Below, one piece after another: positions 37,589 to 47,791 of a stretch of DNA of 64,000 nucleotides (its first letter is position 1; the number at the start of each line of letters is the position of its first letter). The stretch is from Torpedo marmorata (Eukaryota). Under the pieces are notes generated by a model, which had not been told where the DNA came from, ran no database searches, and saw only the letters and a list, made by a program, of their open reading frames with translations. The DNA is taken from positions 198,152,001-198,216,000 of the forward strand of contig OZ360223.1 of the NCBI GenBank assembly GCA_977017645.1, in the 5' to 3' direction. The translations under genes were made by a program, and so were the position numbers.

Positions 37589-40402
37589 GATCGGCGTGAA
37601 CTCGATTTTGAGCTGAATTTAAGGTCTCAAAAGTATATCTGGCGTATAAGTCGACCCCCATGTTTTGAGACATTTTTGAGGGTTTCAAGGGTCGACTTAT
37701 ACGCCGAAATATACGGTATATCCCTTTTTCCAAAAAATCGCTTACGCTGGATTAAATTCCTTTCGTTTTTTAACTATAACTGAACTCAAATCAGGATAAA
37801 AAAAACTCTGTTCCCCTGAACCACCAATGGACCATTCTGCGACTTAGCGTTTTGAACAGCTAATTTCAATACCTTCTCTTTATCCGGAAATCGAAGACAT
37901 TTTAACTAAAACTGATCGTGGTCTTTGACCAACATATAGTTTCCCCCTGCCAACTCTATGTGCTCTCTCTACCTCCAGTCCAAACTGAAAATTATCAATA
38001 CCCAGAGCATCTGGAATCCATTTTTGAAAAAAATCAAAATTTTCAGGTAATCCCACAATTTTAATATTGTTCCTCCGGCTCTGATTGCCCAATACATCCA
38101 GCTTTTGTAAAAGTTCATTCCTTTGCTGCTCCCAACCTGTAAATGAATCTTCAACTTTATCAACTCTATCTTTAATCTCTTTTTCAATTTCTTGAACTTT
38201 CACTTTTACTATATTCACAGTATTTGTCTGTCTTCTCATATCTTGCTTGATATCTTTCATTTCTTCTTCAATTCCATTAAGTCTAAGTTCCAAACGATGT
38301 TCCATCATTGACATCTTCTTTGTTAAGTTATCAATAGCCTTAAGTATTTGTTGAGCTAGCGATACTTCAATCTCTTCTCCACTTGAATCTTCAGCCTCTC
38401 CCTCTCCCTCCATTTCTTCCATTTCTTCCTCCATTATTCCTTTCTTCGCTCTCTTTTTATCTTCTGAATCTGATGAAGTTTCAGGTCCCACATCATATTG
38501 TAATGATTGTGGGATGTTTCCTTTGCCGTCAGCCTTAGCTGACAGCTCCCGTTGTCTATCGCGCATGCGCACCGTTTCGCGCATGCGCGGTTGCTCACTT
38601 AAAATTTGTCATTTTGTTGTCTTCCTTCGAGCACCAGCGCCATCTTCCCCAGCTCCCCGGGATGGCAGCGCCGGCGCTTCGATGGCTCTAGGCACCCTCG
38701 TGTGAGTGTTCCTGGGAGGGAGAGAAACTTGAGCCTGAGCCTCCATCAAGCAGGTAGGCCGATCTTCCTCTTGAAATAAACTTTGTTGAAACACTACTTT
38801 CCTTGCCTTTTGTTCTTTCGTTTTTCTTGTAGCCATTCTTAAGCCTTTACTAAACACTCTTAACTTATTTTAAAACTAAATAAAGTTTCTTATAAACAGT
38901 TTTTGATTAATTCTGTGGGGAGAGGTGTATTTCCACGACTCCAACCTACGCCATCAAACCATGCACCCCCCGGCCCCCCCCCCCCCCATGAGTCAACTTT
39001 GAAAAATGTTTTTTTAGCAAGCTTTTTTAATGTTATAATAGGTAGCTTGGAACTCATTTAAGTTAGGCTAATTGTACCATTGTACTTTGCACATCTGCAA
39101 TAATATTATGTCTTTTGAGAATTGGGTACTGGAGTGAGCCAAGTCCCAACTGGTTCCAGTAAATAAATTAAAGTCTTAAATTGAAATGCAAAGAATGATG
39201 TACAGCTGGTTAGACTGATCTGTTTTTCCCCCATATAGGGTCTAACTGGTAAAAATATAAAAATTTGTGAAAACTGTACAGATTTAATATGAATATCTTT
39301 ATGCTACAAACATGTCCATAAAGACAGGCCAATGAATTTTTGTGTGGGGAGAAATCTTCCTCAGTTATGCTGTGTAACTTTTTTTCTGTGTAGAAGGCTA
39401 AACAAGCAGATTAGGTATTTTTTTTAGAAAATAAATATGAAGGACAAGGTCACTGGAGGACACAAAGATAGCTGTTGTTACCTAGTGGTTACACTAAGAT
39501 GAGACGAGAATAAAAATGACAACATAAATTGACCGGGCATTATTTGATGCCAAAGCATGTCCCAAGCTGCTTCATAAAGCATAATCAGTCAAAAATGTAT
39601 GCAAATTAAAGGAAATATAGCAATGGGGATCAATATAAATCACTTACTCTTTGTTTCTTGCTATATACAAGTTCTGTGTTGTAGATTTTGAATGAGAAGC
39701 AACAGAGGAGATAAAGAGGATCATAATCCTAATCCTCAATCAAATTTTAGCCCTAAGGGGGAATTCCTGAATTTGAATATTGAATTCAATAATTTCAGAT
39801 AATTGGATTCTCTTGAAGTTAGAGCCTGAATGACTAAAAGGAACAGGCACTGACTGAGGAGTGAAGAGATTGGGAAATCTACAAGAAGCCAGAATTGAAG
39901 GAAGGAAATAATTGTTCTATGTTATAAAATTCTTTCCAGTTGTGACAACTAATAAGTATAGATTCTCCCTCTGCTGTGAATTCAATATCAAAAGTGGATC
40001 ATGTAGAACAATTAACATGTCTTCAAAAGCTTTATGGTAACCTTCCAAATTGGGCAAAATTGTACAGATGAACCAAATTGGCATTAAATCTTCATACTGG
40101 ATACAAGCTTTAATTGTTTGGGAACTTTGCATCTTCAAATGTTTTTGGCATTTTTACAAAACTTCAGCAGCTGTGAAATAACTTTTGCAAATCTCAATAG
40201 AGCCAAATTAAAATTTACTGTTGATGGTTATAGCCAAGTAAATTGTTGTCCCATAATCCTCTGGGTATCCCCAAGGATGCAGTTGGATTTAATGGATTTA
40301 AGTTCAACATCTGGTTCTGATACTCTAACTTGTTATGATCTGTATTGATTAACAATCATTCTTCAATAACATATTTTCCATCATGAGTCTCAATATGAGT
40401 CT

Positions 40403-43400
40403 GAATCAGAATCAGAATTTATTGTCATGAACAAGTCATGAAATTCGGTGTTTTACGGCAGCATCATAGTGCAAACATTCACATTATACCATCTTACGAC
40501 ATTACTATAAAAATATATAAATTATATATGACAAAATCTGTTGCATCTTTAGTACAACTGTCTATTTTATTGAGAGAATATGGGGAAATATCTGGATATA
40601 AAATTAATTCTGATAAAAGTGAAATTATGGCATTATCACAAGGGGATTATAGTAGATGTAAAGAAATTACACAATTTAAATGGGCAAAGGAAGGAATTAA
40701 ATATTTGGGAGTAAGGGTTGATACAAAATTGGCTAATTTATATAAATTAAATTACCTACCATTATTCGTGAAAATAAAGAAAGATTTAGAAAATTGGAAA
40801 GATTTACTTATAACTTTATTGGGAAGAGTAAATTGTATTAAAATGAATATTTTTCCAAGAATTCAATATCTTTTTCAATCAATTCCTTATGGAATTCCTC
40901 AAAAAAAATTTAAGGATTTAAATTCAATTATTAGGAAATTTTTATGGAAAGGAAAGTTAGCAAGAGTAGGTATGGAAAAATTAACTTGGAATTATGAAAT
41001 GGGTGGCTTGCAACTTCCTAATTTTCAAAAAATATTATAAAGCAGCTCAATTAAAATTTGTTAATGAATTTTTTGACTCAACTAAATCTCCTGCTTGGAT
41101 TAAAATAGAATTAAACAATATAGGTGATGACTCTAAAGAAGAAATTATTTATAAATGGGATTCTAAATTAATATCAACAAGAAAGAAAAATTTGCCTATT
41201 TTTAAACATTTGTTAGAAATATGGAATAAGACGGATAAGGAAATAGGAGGAAAAGGATTGATTTCTCCAAGGATGCCTTTATATCAAAATGGACTTATTC
41301 CATTTACTATTAATAATCAATTATTTAAAATTTGGTTTCAAAAAGGAATTAAGAAGATTAGTGATTGTTTTGAAGCTGGGAAATTTATTACGTTTCAAAG
41401 AATGAAAGATAAATTTAATATATTAGATAATACACTTTTTGCTTATTATCAAACTAGACCTTTTCTGATTGAGAAATTAGGTTATGCTTTGATTTTACCA
41501 AGACAAAATGAATTAGAATTATTAGTTACTAATGGAGATATTAATAAATTTATTTTTCAAATGTATAAATTGTTTCAGAGGAAAATGCCTAAAGTAGGTT
41601 TGCATAAATCAAGATTAAAATGGGAATTAGATTTGAATGTAAGAATAGATGAAAATCATTGGAAAGAATTATGTAAATTAAGTATGACGAAGATTATTAA
41701 TGTTAGATATAGACTAGTACAATATAATTTTTTTCATCAATTATATTTAACACCTAAAAAATTAAAGAAATTTAATCCGACATTATCAGATTTATGTTTT
41801 AGATGTAATAAAGAGGAAGGGTCTTTTGTACATTGTACATGGTTTTGTCCAAAAGTTTATGATTTTTGGTTGAAAGTTAAAAAATGTTTAGATAAAGTAT
41901 TTAAGATTGCATTTCCAATGGATCCTATGATACTTTTGTTTGGAGATATTAGAAAATGTAGTATTAAGATGAAAATAAAAATGTATCAGATAGAATATTT
42001 GCGAATTGCTTTAGCTGTTTCAAAGAAGTGCATTGCTATTACTTGGAAATCTGATTTAGATTTAGGATTAGAAAGATGGCATGCAGAACTTCGTTCATGT
42101 ATACCACTTGAAAAAATTACTTATAATTTACGTAATAAATATCATTTCTTTTTAAAAATTTGGAGCCCATATATGAAAGCTGTTGGTTTAAGGATTTGAA
42201 GATCTCTAGATATCGGATCTGCTGGCATACTTGACCTCCATAATAGAATTAGTTTATAGATTGGCATTCCCCTTACTCTATCTTTTTCTTTCTTTATCTT
42301 CTTCTTTTTCTATTTTTATTTTTTATATATATTTTTTTTTATTAGATTAGTGGGGTTGGGAGGGTTGGGGAGGGGAGGGAGGGGGGGTGAAATTGTATCA
42401 CAAATAATTTGATAATTTTATATTCCATTTTATGTATTTTGTGATTTAAAAATTTTAAATAAAATATTTTTAAAAAAATATATATATATATAAATAATAG
42501 TGCACGAAAAGTAAGGCAGTGTCTTTGGTTCATTGATTATTCAGGAATCTGTTGGCAGCGGGGAAGAAGCTGTCCTTGTGCCGTTGAGTGCTCGTCTTTA
42601 GGCTCCTGTACCTTTTTCCCGATGGTAGCAGAGTGAAGAGGGCATGGCCTGGGTGGTGGGGGTCTTTGAGGATAGAGGCTGCTTTTTTAAGACACCGCCT
42701 CATGTAGATGTCCTCGATGGAGTGAAGTCTGGTGCCTGTGATGTCACAAGCCGAGTTAACAACCCTCTGGAGTTTACTCTTGTCCTGAGAGTTTGTGCCT
42801 ACATGCCAGGCAATGATGCAACCAGCCAGAATGCTGTCCATGGTACACCTGTAGAAGTTTACGAGAGTCTTCGGTGACATACCGAATCTCCTCAGACACC
42901 TCACAAAGTATAGCCGCTGGCGAGCCTTCTTTGTGATTACATCAACGTGGAGGCTCCAGGACAGATCCTCGGAGATGTTGACACCCAGGAATTTGAAGTT
43001 CTTGACCCTCTCCACTACTGAGGCCTCGATGAGGACTGGGTCGTGTTCCCCTGACTTCCTCCTGAAGTCCACAATCATTTCCTTGGTTTTGCTGATGTTG
43101 AGCGCAAGGTTGTTGTCATTACAACATTCAACGAGCTGATCTATCTCTCTCCTGTACACTTCCTCATTGCTGTTTGTGATTCTGCCGACAACTGTGGTGT
43201 CATCAGCAAACTTGTAGATGGCATTGGATTGTGCCTGGCCACACAGTCATGGGTGTATAACGAGTAGAGCAGTGGGCTAAGCACGCATCCTTGGGGTGCG
43301 CCTGTGTTGATAATCAGTGAGGAGGAGACGTTGTTTCCAATTCATACTGACTGTGGTCTTCCGATGAGAAAGTCAAGGATCCAGTTGCAGAGTGGGGTAC

Positions 43401-43757
43401 AGAGGCCTAGAGTTTGTAGCTTCTTGACCAGCACTGAGGGAATAATGGTATTGAAGGCCGAGCTGTAGCCGATGAAGAGCAGCCATATGTATGAATTGCT
43501 GTTTTCGAGGTGATCCAGAGCTGAGTGGAGAGCCAGCGATATTGTGTCTGCTGTGGAGCGATTGTGACGATAGGCGAAATGCAGTGGGTCTAGATCTAGC
43601 CATGACCAGCCTCTCAAAGCATTTCATCACAGTAGAAGTTAGTGCTACTTGGCGGTCGTCGTTGAGGCAGCTCACACTACTTTTCTTGGGTACCGGGATG
43701 ATTGATGTCCTTTTGAAGCAGGTGGGAACCTCTGACTGCCGCAATGCCTCAACATGG
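40403..43757 (-). mobile_element. Rex1/Babar-like LINE fragment (tail 40403-40520, body 42490-43757) split by an L1 insertion
   Basis: ORF 42530-43159 with KFLGVNISEDLSW...KKARQRLYF; RT start [14 protein letters not shown]; tail TGACAATAAA(TTCTGA)n on -. Confidence 0.88.
40522..42480 (+). mobile_element. 5'-truncated L1-clade LINE (RT end and C-terminal Cys-rich domain)
   Basis: SGYKINSDKSE, KYLGV, GGLQLP, CFRCNKEEGSFVHCTWFC; G-rich tract, AATAAA and A-rich tail; ATATATAAAT-like sequence on both flanks. Confidence 0.92.
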
Positions 43758-43759
43758 AC

Positions 43760-43813
43760 AAGACAAAGGAGATTGACCTGCTGAGTTTCTCCAGCATTTG
43801 TGGTTTTTACTTC
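43760..43813 (+). mobile_element. Penelope-like terminal fragment
   Basis: TTGACCTGCTGAGTTTCTCCAGCATTTGTGGTTTTTACTTC closely matches 2585-2625. Confidence 0.75.
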
Positions 43814-45188
43814 GATATTGAACAGACAGTGAGAAGATGTTGCATTTGTCAGGAGATGCAACCCAAAGCACCTCAAGCCGAAGCTAACCCATGGAAATGG
43901 CCATCACGACCATCGCACAGGATTCACATATTTTTCGTTGGTCCCTTTATGGGAGAAAACTTCCTTACTGTTGTCGATGCACACTCTAAATGGCCAGTAG
44001 TGTCACACATGCGAACAACAACAACAGACCAGACAATTGAAAGACTACGAAGTATGTTCACATCATATGGATTACCTATAGAACTAGTCTCCGATAATGG
44101 GCCATAATTTGTATCCGATGCTTTTAAGGTGTTCCTACATAATAACAATAGACGACACATCTTATCCGCACCCTACCACCCAAGCACGAATGGGGAAGTG
44201 GAACATTTTGTACAAACTTTTAAAAAGGCCATGAAGACTAAGAAAATCCTAAACATATCATGGAATCACAAAATCGCAGATTTTCTGTTAGGATATAGAA
44301 ACACGCCGCACTCTACAACCAAACAAACACCAGCAGAATTGATGTTTGGGCGTAACTTAAGGACAAGACTTTCCATAGTGCACCCGAACATCAACCTCTG
44401 CAAGGAACAATCCACGTCTCCAGGTAAATCTACCAGATCTCTGGAAGTAGGAGAGCGAGTACTGGTACGAGACAATAGGGAGCCGTGGGTGAGAGGCGTG
44501 ATTCTTAAAAAACTAAGTCCCTGTTCTTATTCTATACTGGTGGGAACTAAAATATGGAAACGGCACATCGACCAGTTAAGAGTGGTGGATGATCCTATGG
44601 CCACACCTACTGCTCATGATCCCGACGAGATTCAGATGAGATTCCATTTTGGGCTCCTGCCACCGACGACGTTCCAGAAATATCTTCGGGAAATGATGCC
44701 CGCTCGATGTTGACTGCTCAGCAGAGCAGTCCTACACTATGTACGGCTCATCAGAGCAGACCTACACTGCGTCCTGCTCAGAAGCGCAGTCCTATGCAAC
44801 TTCCAAATGGGGCTCGCCAAAGACTAAGTTCATAGTCCTTACCACCAACCGAGGAGAAGGTACTACCCCACAAGGCAGAGAGTCCGGAGAAGTCGCAAAG
44901 TATCCCAGTGGATTCTACCTCGCCAAGAAAATCCAAAAGGGAAAGACGTCCTCCAGAACGCCTAAGGGACTATGTACAGTGACTTGGCGGCTTAACATGT
45001 CATCCTTACGTTGTAGTGTAATTATGATTCTCACCATTAGTTCATGTGCACCATGTAGTTATCGAAGTTTAGTATAAGTGCTGCCTATATGTTATTTTCA
45101 CGAAGCATTTATTTTGTGGGGGGGGAAGAGTGTTGTGAATATACACCTGCGTGTGTATGACGTCATCACGCCCAGCGTGTGATGTCAT

Positions 45189-45228
<40 letters not shown>

Positions 45229-45324
45229 GTGCTGCAGAGGAACCATTTTAGAACTACAATAAAGAATGAATGAAGCATCACGTCTCCGTGTGCTAGTGTA
45301 TTTCTAAGCCTAGAATACACAACA
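43814..45324 (+). mobile_element. 3' part of a second Gypsy lineage (Mag-like): decayed integrase, PPT and 3' LTR 45131-45324
   Basis: WKWPSRP..RIHI, VVDAHSKWP, VSDNGP, PYHPSTNGEVE; purine tract GGGGGGGGAAGAG; LTR TGTTGTG...CACAACA containing (TA)n and AATAAA. Confidence 0.88.
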
Positions 45325-45715
45325 GAAGGTGCAGCAGCGCCTACACTTCCTAAGAAGGTTGAGGAGGGCCAGGCTACTGGCTCCCATCTTGACAAACTTT
45401 TACAGGAGCATAATTGAGGCTGCATCATTGTGTGTATGGTAGGTGCAAAGCATCGGACCAGAAGTCAATACAGAGGATCATCAAAATGATTGAGAAGATC
45501 ACGAGGTTTCCCTTTCCTCCATTAACAACATTTACTGGGAGTGTTGTTTATTAGGGCTCAAAGAATTATAGAAGACCCTTTCCATCCAGAACACAGTATC
45601 TTTGACTCACTACCATCAAGGAGGTGGTACAGGAGCATCAAAGTTAGAATTGCCAGGCTGGGAAATAGCTTCTTCCTGCAGGCTGTGAGACTGATGAACA
45701 GTATCCTGTAACTGA
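45325..45715 (+). mobile_element. Rex1/L2-group LINE 3' remnant, host of the Gypsy insertion
   Basis: Translates as QQRLHFLRRLRRA...LPSRRWYRSIK. Confidence 0.65.
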
Positions 45716-45805
45716 GTGAATAATATCAAAATATATATTTTTAAAATTTAGACATACAGCACAGTAACAGGCCATTTCGGCCCACGAGTCTTTGCAATTG
45801 GCTGC

Positions 45806-46420
45806 AATCAGAATCAGAATTTCAGAATCAGAATTTATTGTCATGAACATGTCACAAAATTTGTTGTTTTGCAGCAGCATTACAGGTGCAAATATTGCTA
45901 TAAATTATAGTTTAAAAAAAAAAATAACTGCAAAAAAGAGAAAGTGAGGTAGTGTCCATGGTTCGTTGTCCGTTCAGAAATCTGATGGCTGAGTGGAAGA
46001 AGCTGTTTATGTACCATTGGGTGTTCATCTTCAGGATCCTGTACCTCCTTCCTGATGGTAGCAGTGTGAACAGGGCATGGCCTGGGTGGTGAGGGTCCTT
46101 GAGGATAGAGGCTGCTTTCTTAAGACACCACCTCTTGTAGATGTCCTTGATAGAGTGAAGACTGATGCCCATGGTGGCACTGGCTAAGTTTACAACTCTC
46201 TGTAGTCTTTTCCTGTCCTGTGCTTTGGCACCTCCATACCAGACAGTGATGCAACCAGTCAGAAAGCTCTCCACGGTACACCTGTAGTAATTTGCAGGAG
46301 TCTTTGGTGACATACCAAATCTCCTCAAACTCCTCACGAAGTATAGTCTCAAACTCCTCACGAAGGCGAGCCTTCTTCGTGATTGCATCAACCTGGAGGC
46401 TACAGCACAGATCCTCAGAA
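45806..46420 (-). mobile_element. Rex1/Babar-like LINE 3' fragment, preceded by a SINE tail fragment at 45740-45790
   Basis: ORF 45912-46442 LYFVRSLRRFGMSP...DPHHPGHALF; (AATCAG)n tail. Confidence 0.85.
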
Positions 46421-46529
46421 ATCTGAATGCTTCAAAAGACATTTATTAGCTATGAATTTTAAGGTATACTGAGCTATTGAAGCTATGATATAAATTCTTT
46501 CTGTTGAATTTAACTTCAAAAAAGGAAGT

Positions 46530-47055
46530 GGCCAATTGTAAATTAGAGTTCAGAAGAATGAGAATTTTATTGAAATTATAATATATCTTGGGGGCTTGAC
46601 TGGGTAGACATAAGGTTTTGATGAAAAGCCAGTGAGCGGAAATGTTAACTATATTTCACACTACACAACACAACCTGAAACTGCTGTCAATTTCTAGCAT
46701 TCCTGCACTATTAGAATTCAGTTATCTGCAGAATTTTGTTTTTAGTTGAGAGGATGCTTCCACTTGTGTGGACATTTAAGGGGCAGACTTTCAGAATAGG
46801 GGTTTGCTCCTTCAAGTCAGAGATGGGGGAATTACTTTTCCATGGGGATCTTTGAATCTTTAAGAGTTCTTTACCTAGAGTTCTGCAGAGGCTGAATTCA
46901 AAGTAAAGCTGGTCAAGATTTTTGATAAGAGGGAAGTTGAAGAAAGGGGAATAGGTAGGTAAGAAAATTTGAGAATAAGATTGCATCGTGATTTTACAGA
47001 GTGGCAATACAGGCTTGAGGGAATTTGTGGCCAATTTCTTATCCTATTTCTTCGT
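46530..47055 (+). mobile_element. Old CR1 3' remnant containing a decayed Penelope-like end (about 46617-46743)
   Basis: AGAAGAATGAGA...GAGAGGATGCTTCCACTTGTG...CR1 tail; the insert begins TTTGATGAAAAG...GAAATGTTAACT. Confidence 0.5.
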
Positions 47056-47627
47056 ATGTTCAAATAATTGTGCAAATCTTGCTTCAGCTTACCTTTTTCC
47101 TGGAGGAGGAGGAGAGAAATGACAGTCAACCTGTTCTGCTGGGCCTGATGAGCCAAATGCTGATCAGCCATGGCAATACATTCTGTAGCCCCACCAGATT
47201 ACAAGTCATTGCACGGTATCCACTTCACAAGACAAGTCCCACACGCTGCAGATGCACCTCTTTGCAGTTCCCCACATTGTAAATCATCAATATGTTTTCC
47301 CCACACAATGCAGATGCATTAATCTGCAGTCCTCTCTCACTGTAGACGCATCACTCTGAAGTACCGACCCAGTGCCTACACAATGCTTTGCAGTTCCCTT
47401 GCTATTCTCTTTGCTTCCCTTGAATTTACATCGGAAACCCTGGCAAATTTCCACAGATGTGTGGTGGAATGTGTGCTGACTGGCTGCATCACAGTCTGGT
47501 ATGGGGACTGTGGTAAACCACTGTTTTAGTATTGTGTGGTATAGGTATGTACTGCAGGCTGTCCCGATGTCTACTCCCCCCCCCCCCTCCCTTGGGTGTC
47601 CAGGTAATCCCTCCCCCTTCCTCACCT

Positions 47628-47664
47628 GAATAAAGGCCACTGTGCCACAGTCCCTCCCTCAGTC
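47628..47664 (+). promoter_or_regulatory. Candidate LTR core promoter: TATA-like GAATAAAGG plus Inr-like YCAGTY about 30 nt downstream
   Basis: The same two motifs at similar spacing occur in all four otherwise divergent LTR subfamilies. Confidence 0.5.
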
Positions 47665-47791
47665 CGGGATTAGATCTGCAGGAATACTGCTGCTGTGTTT
47701 TAAGGTAATAAAAGCCTATGGTTCGTTCACACTCATAGTCTTTGAGTACTTATTGATAGGCCTACCAATTTTATTACCTTATAAAAATCTG

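Larger units (their letters stand above)
35688..37716 (+). mobile_element. Intact pogo-superfamily DNA transposon (DD35D, POGK/Passer-like)
   Basis: Perfect 27-bp TIR CCGTATATTTCGGCGTATAAGTCGACC, TA TSD and an uninterrupted transposase. Confidence 0.96.
32055..38970 (-). mobile_element. L1-clade LINE with 5' end, ORF1 and 3'-truncated ORF2, interrupted by a solo LTR and a pogo transposon
   Basis: ORF1 coiled coil plus SRRNNIKIVGLPE and ERAHR (38857-37720, resuming 35685-35423). ORF2 pieces: ININGLNNPIKR, GGDFN, SDHSP, YRPISLLNVDYK, RQGCPLSP, FADD. Confidence 0.93.

Noticed and set aside
32055-42480. The minus-strand L1 stops and the plus-strand L1 starts at nearly the same RT position, suggesting one inverted element
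   Set aside because: The roughly 75-nt overlap differs at about 9 positions (MTKPIASLTQLTV vs MTKSVASLVQLSI), and the plus copy is inserted in a Rex1-like tail. They are two separate copies.
47642-47791. N-terminal extensions of gag ORFs into the LTR (also 28342-28386 and 62284-62331)
   Set aside because: They depend on non-ATG starts and are not conserved between subfamilies; the conserved start is ME(G/N)xL(R/K)P.
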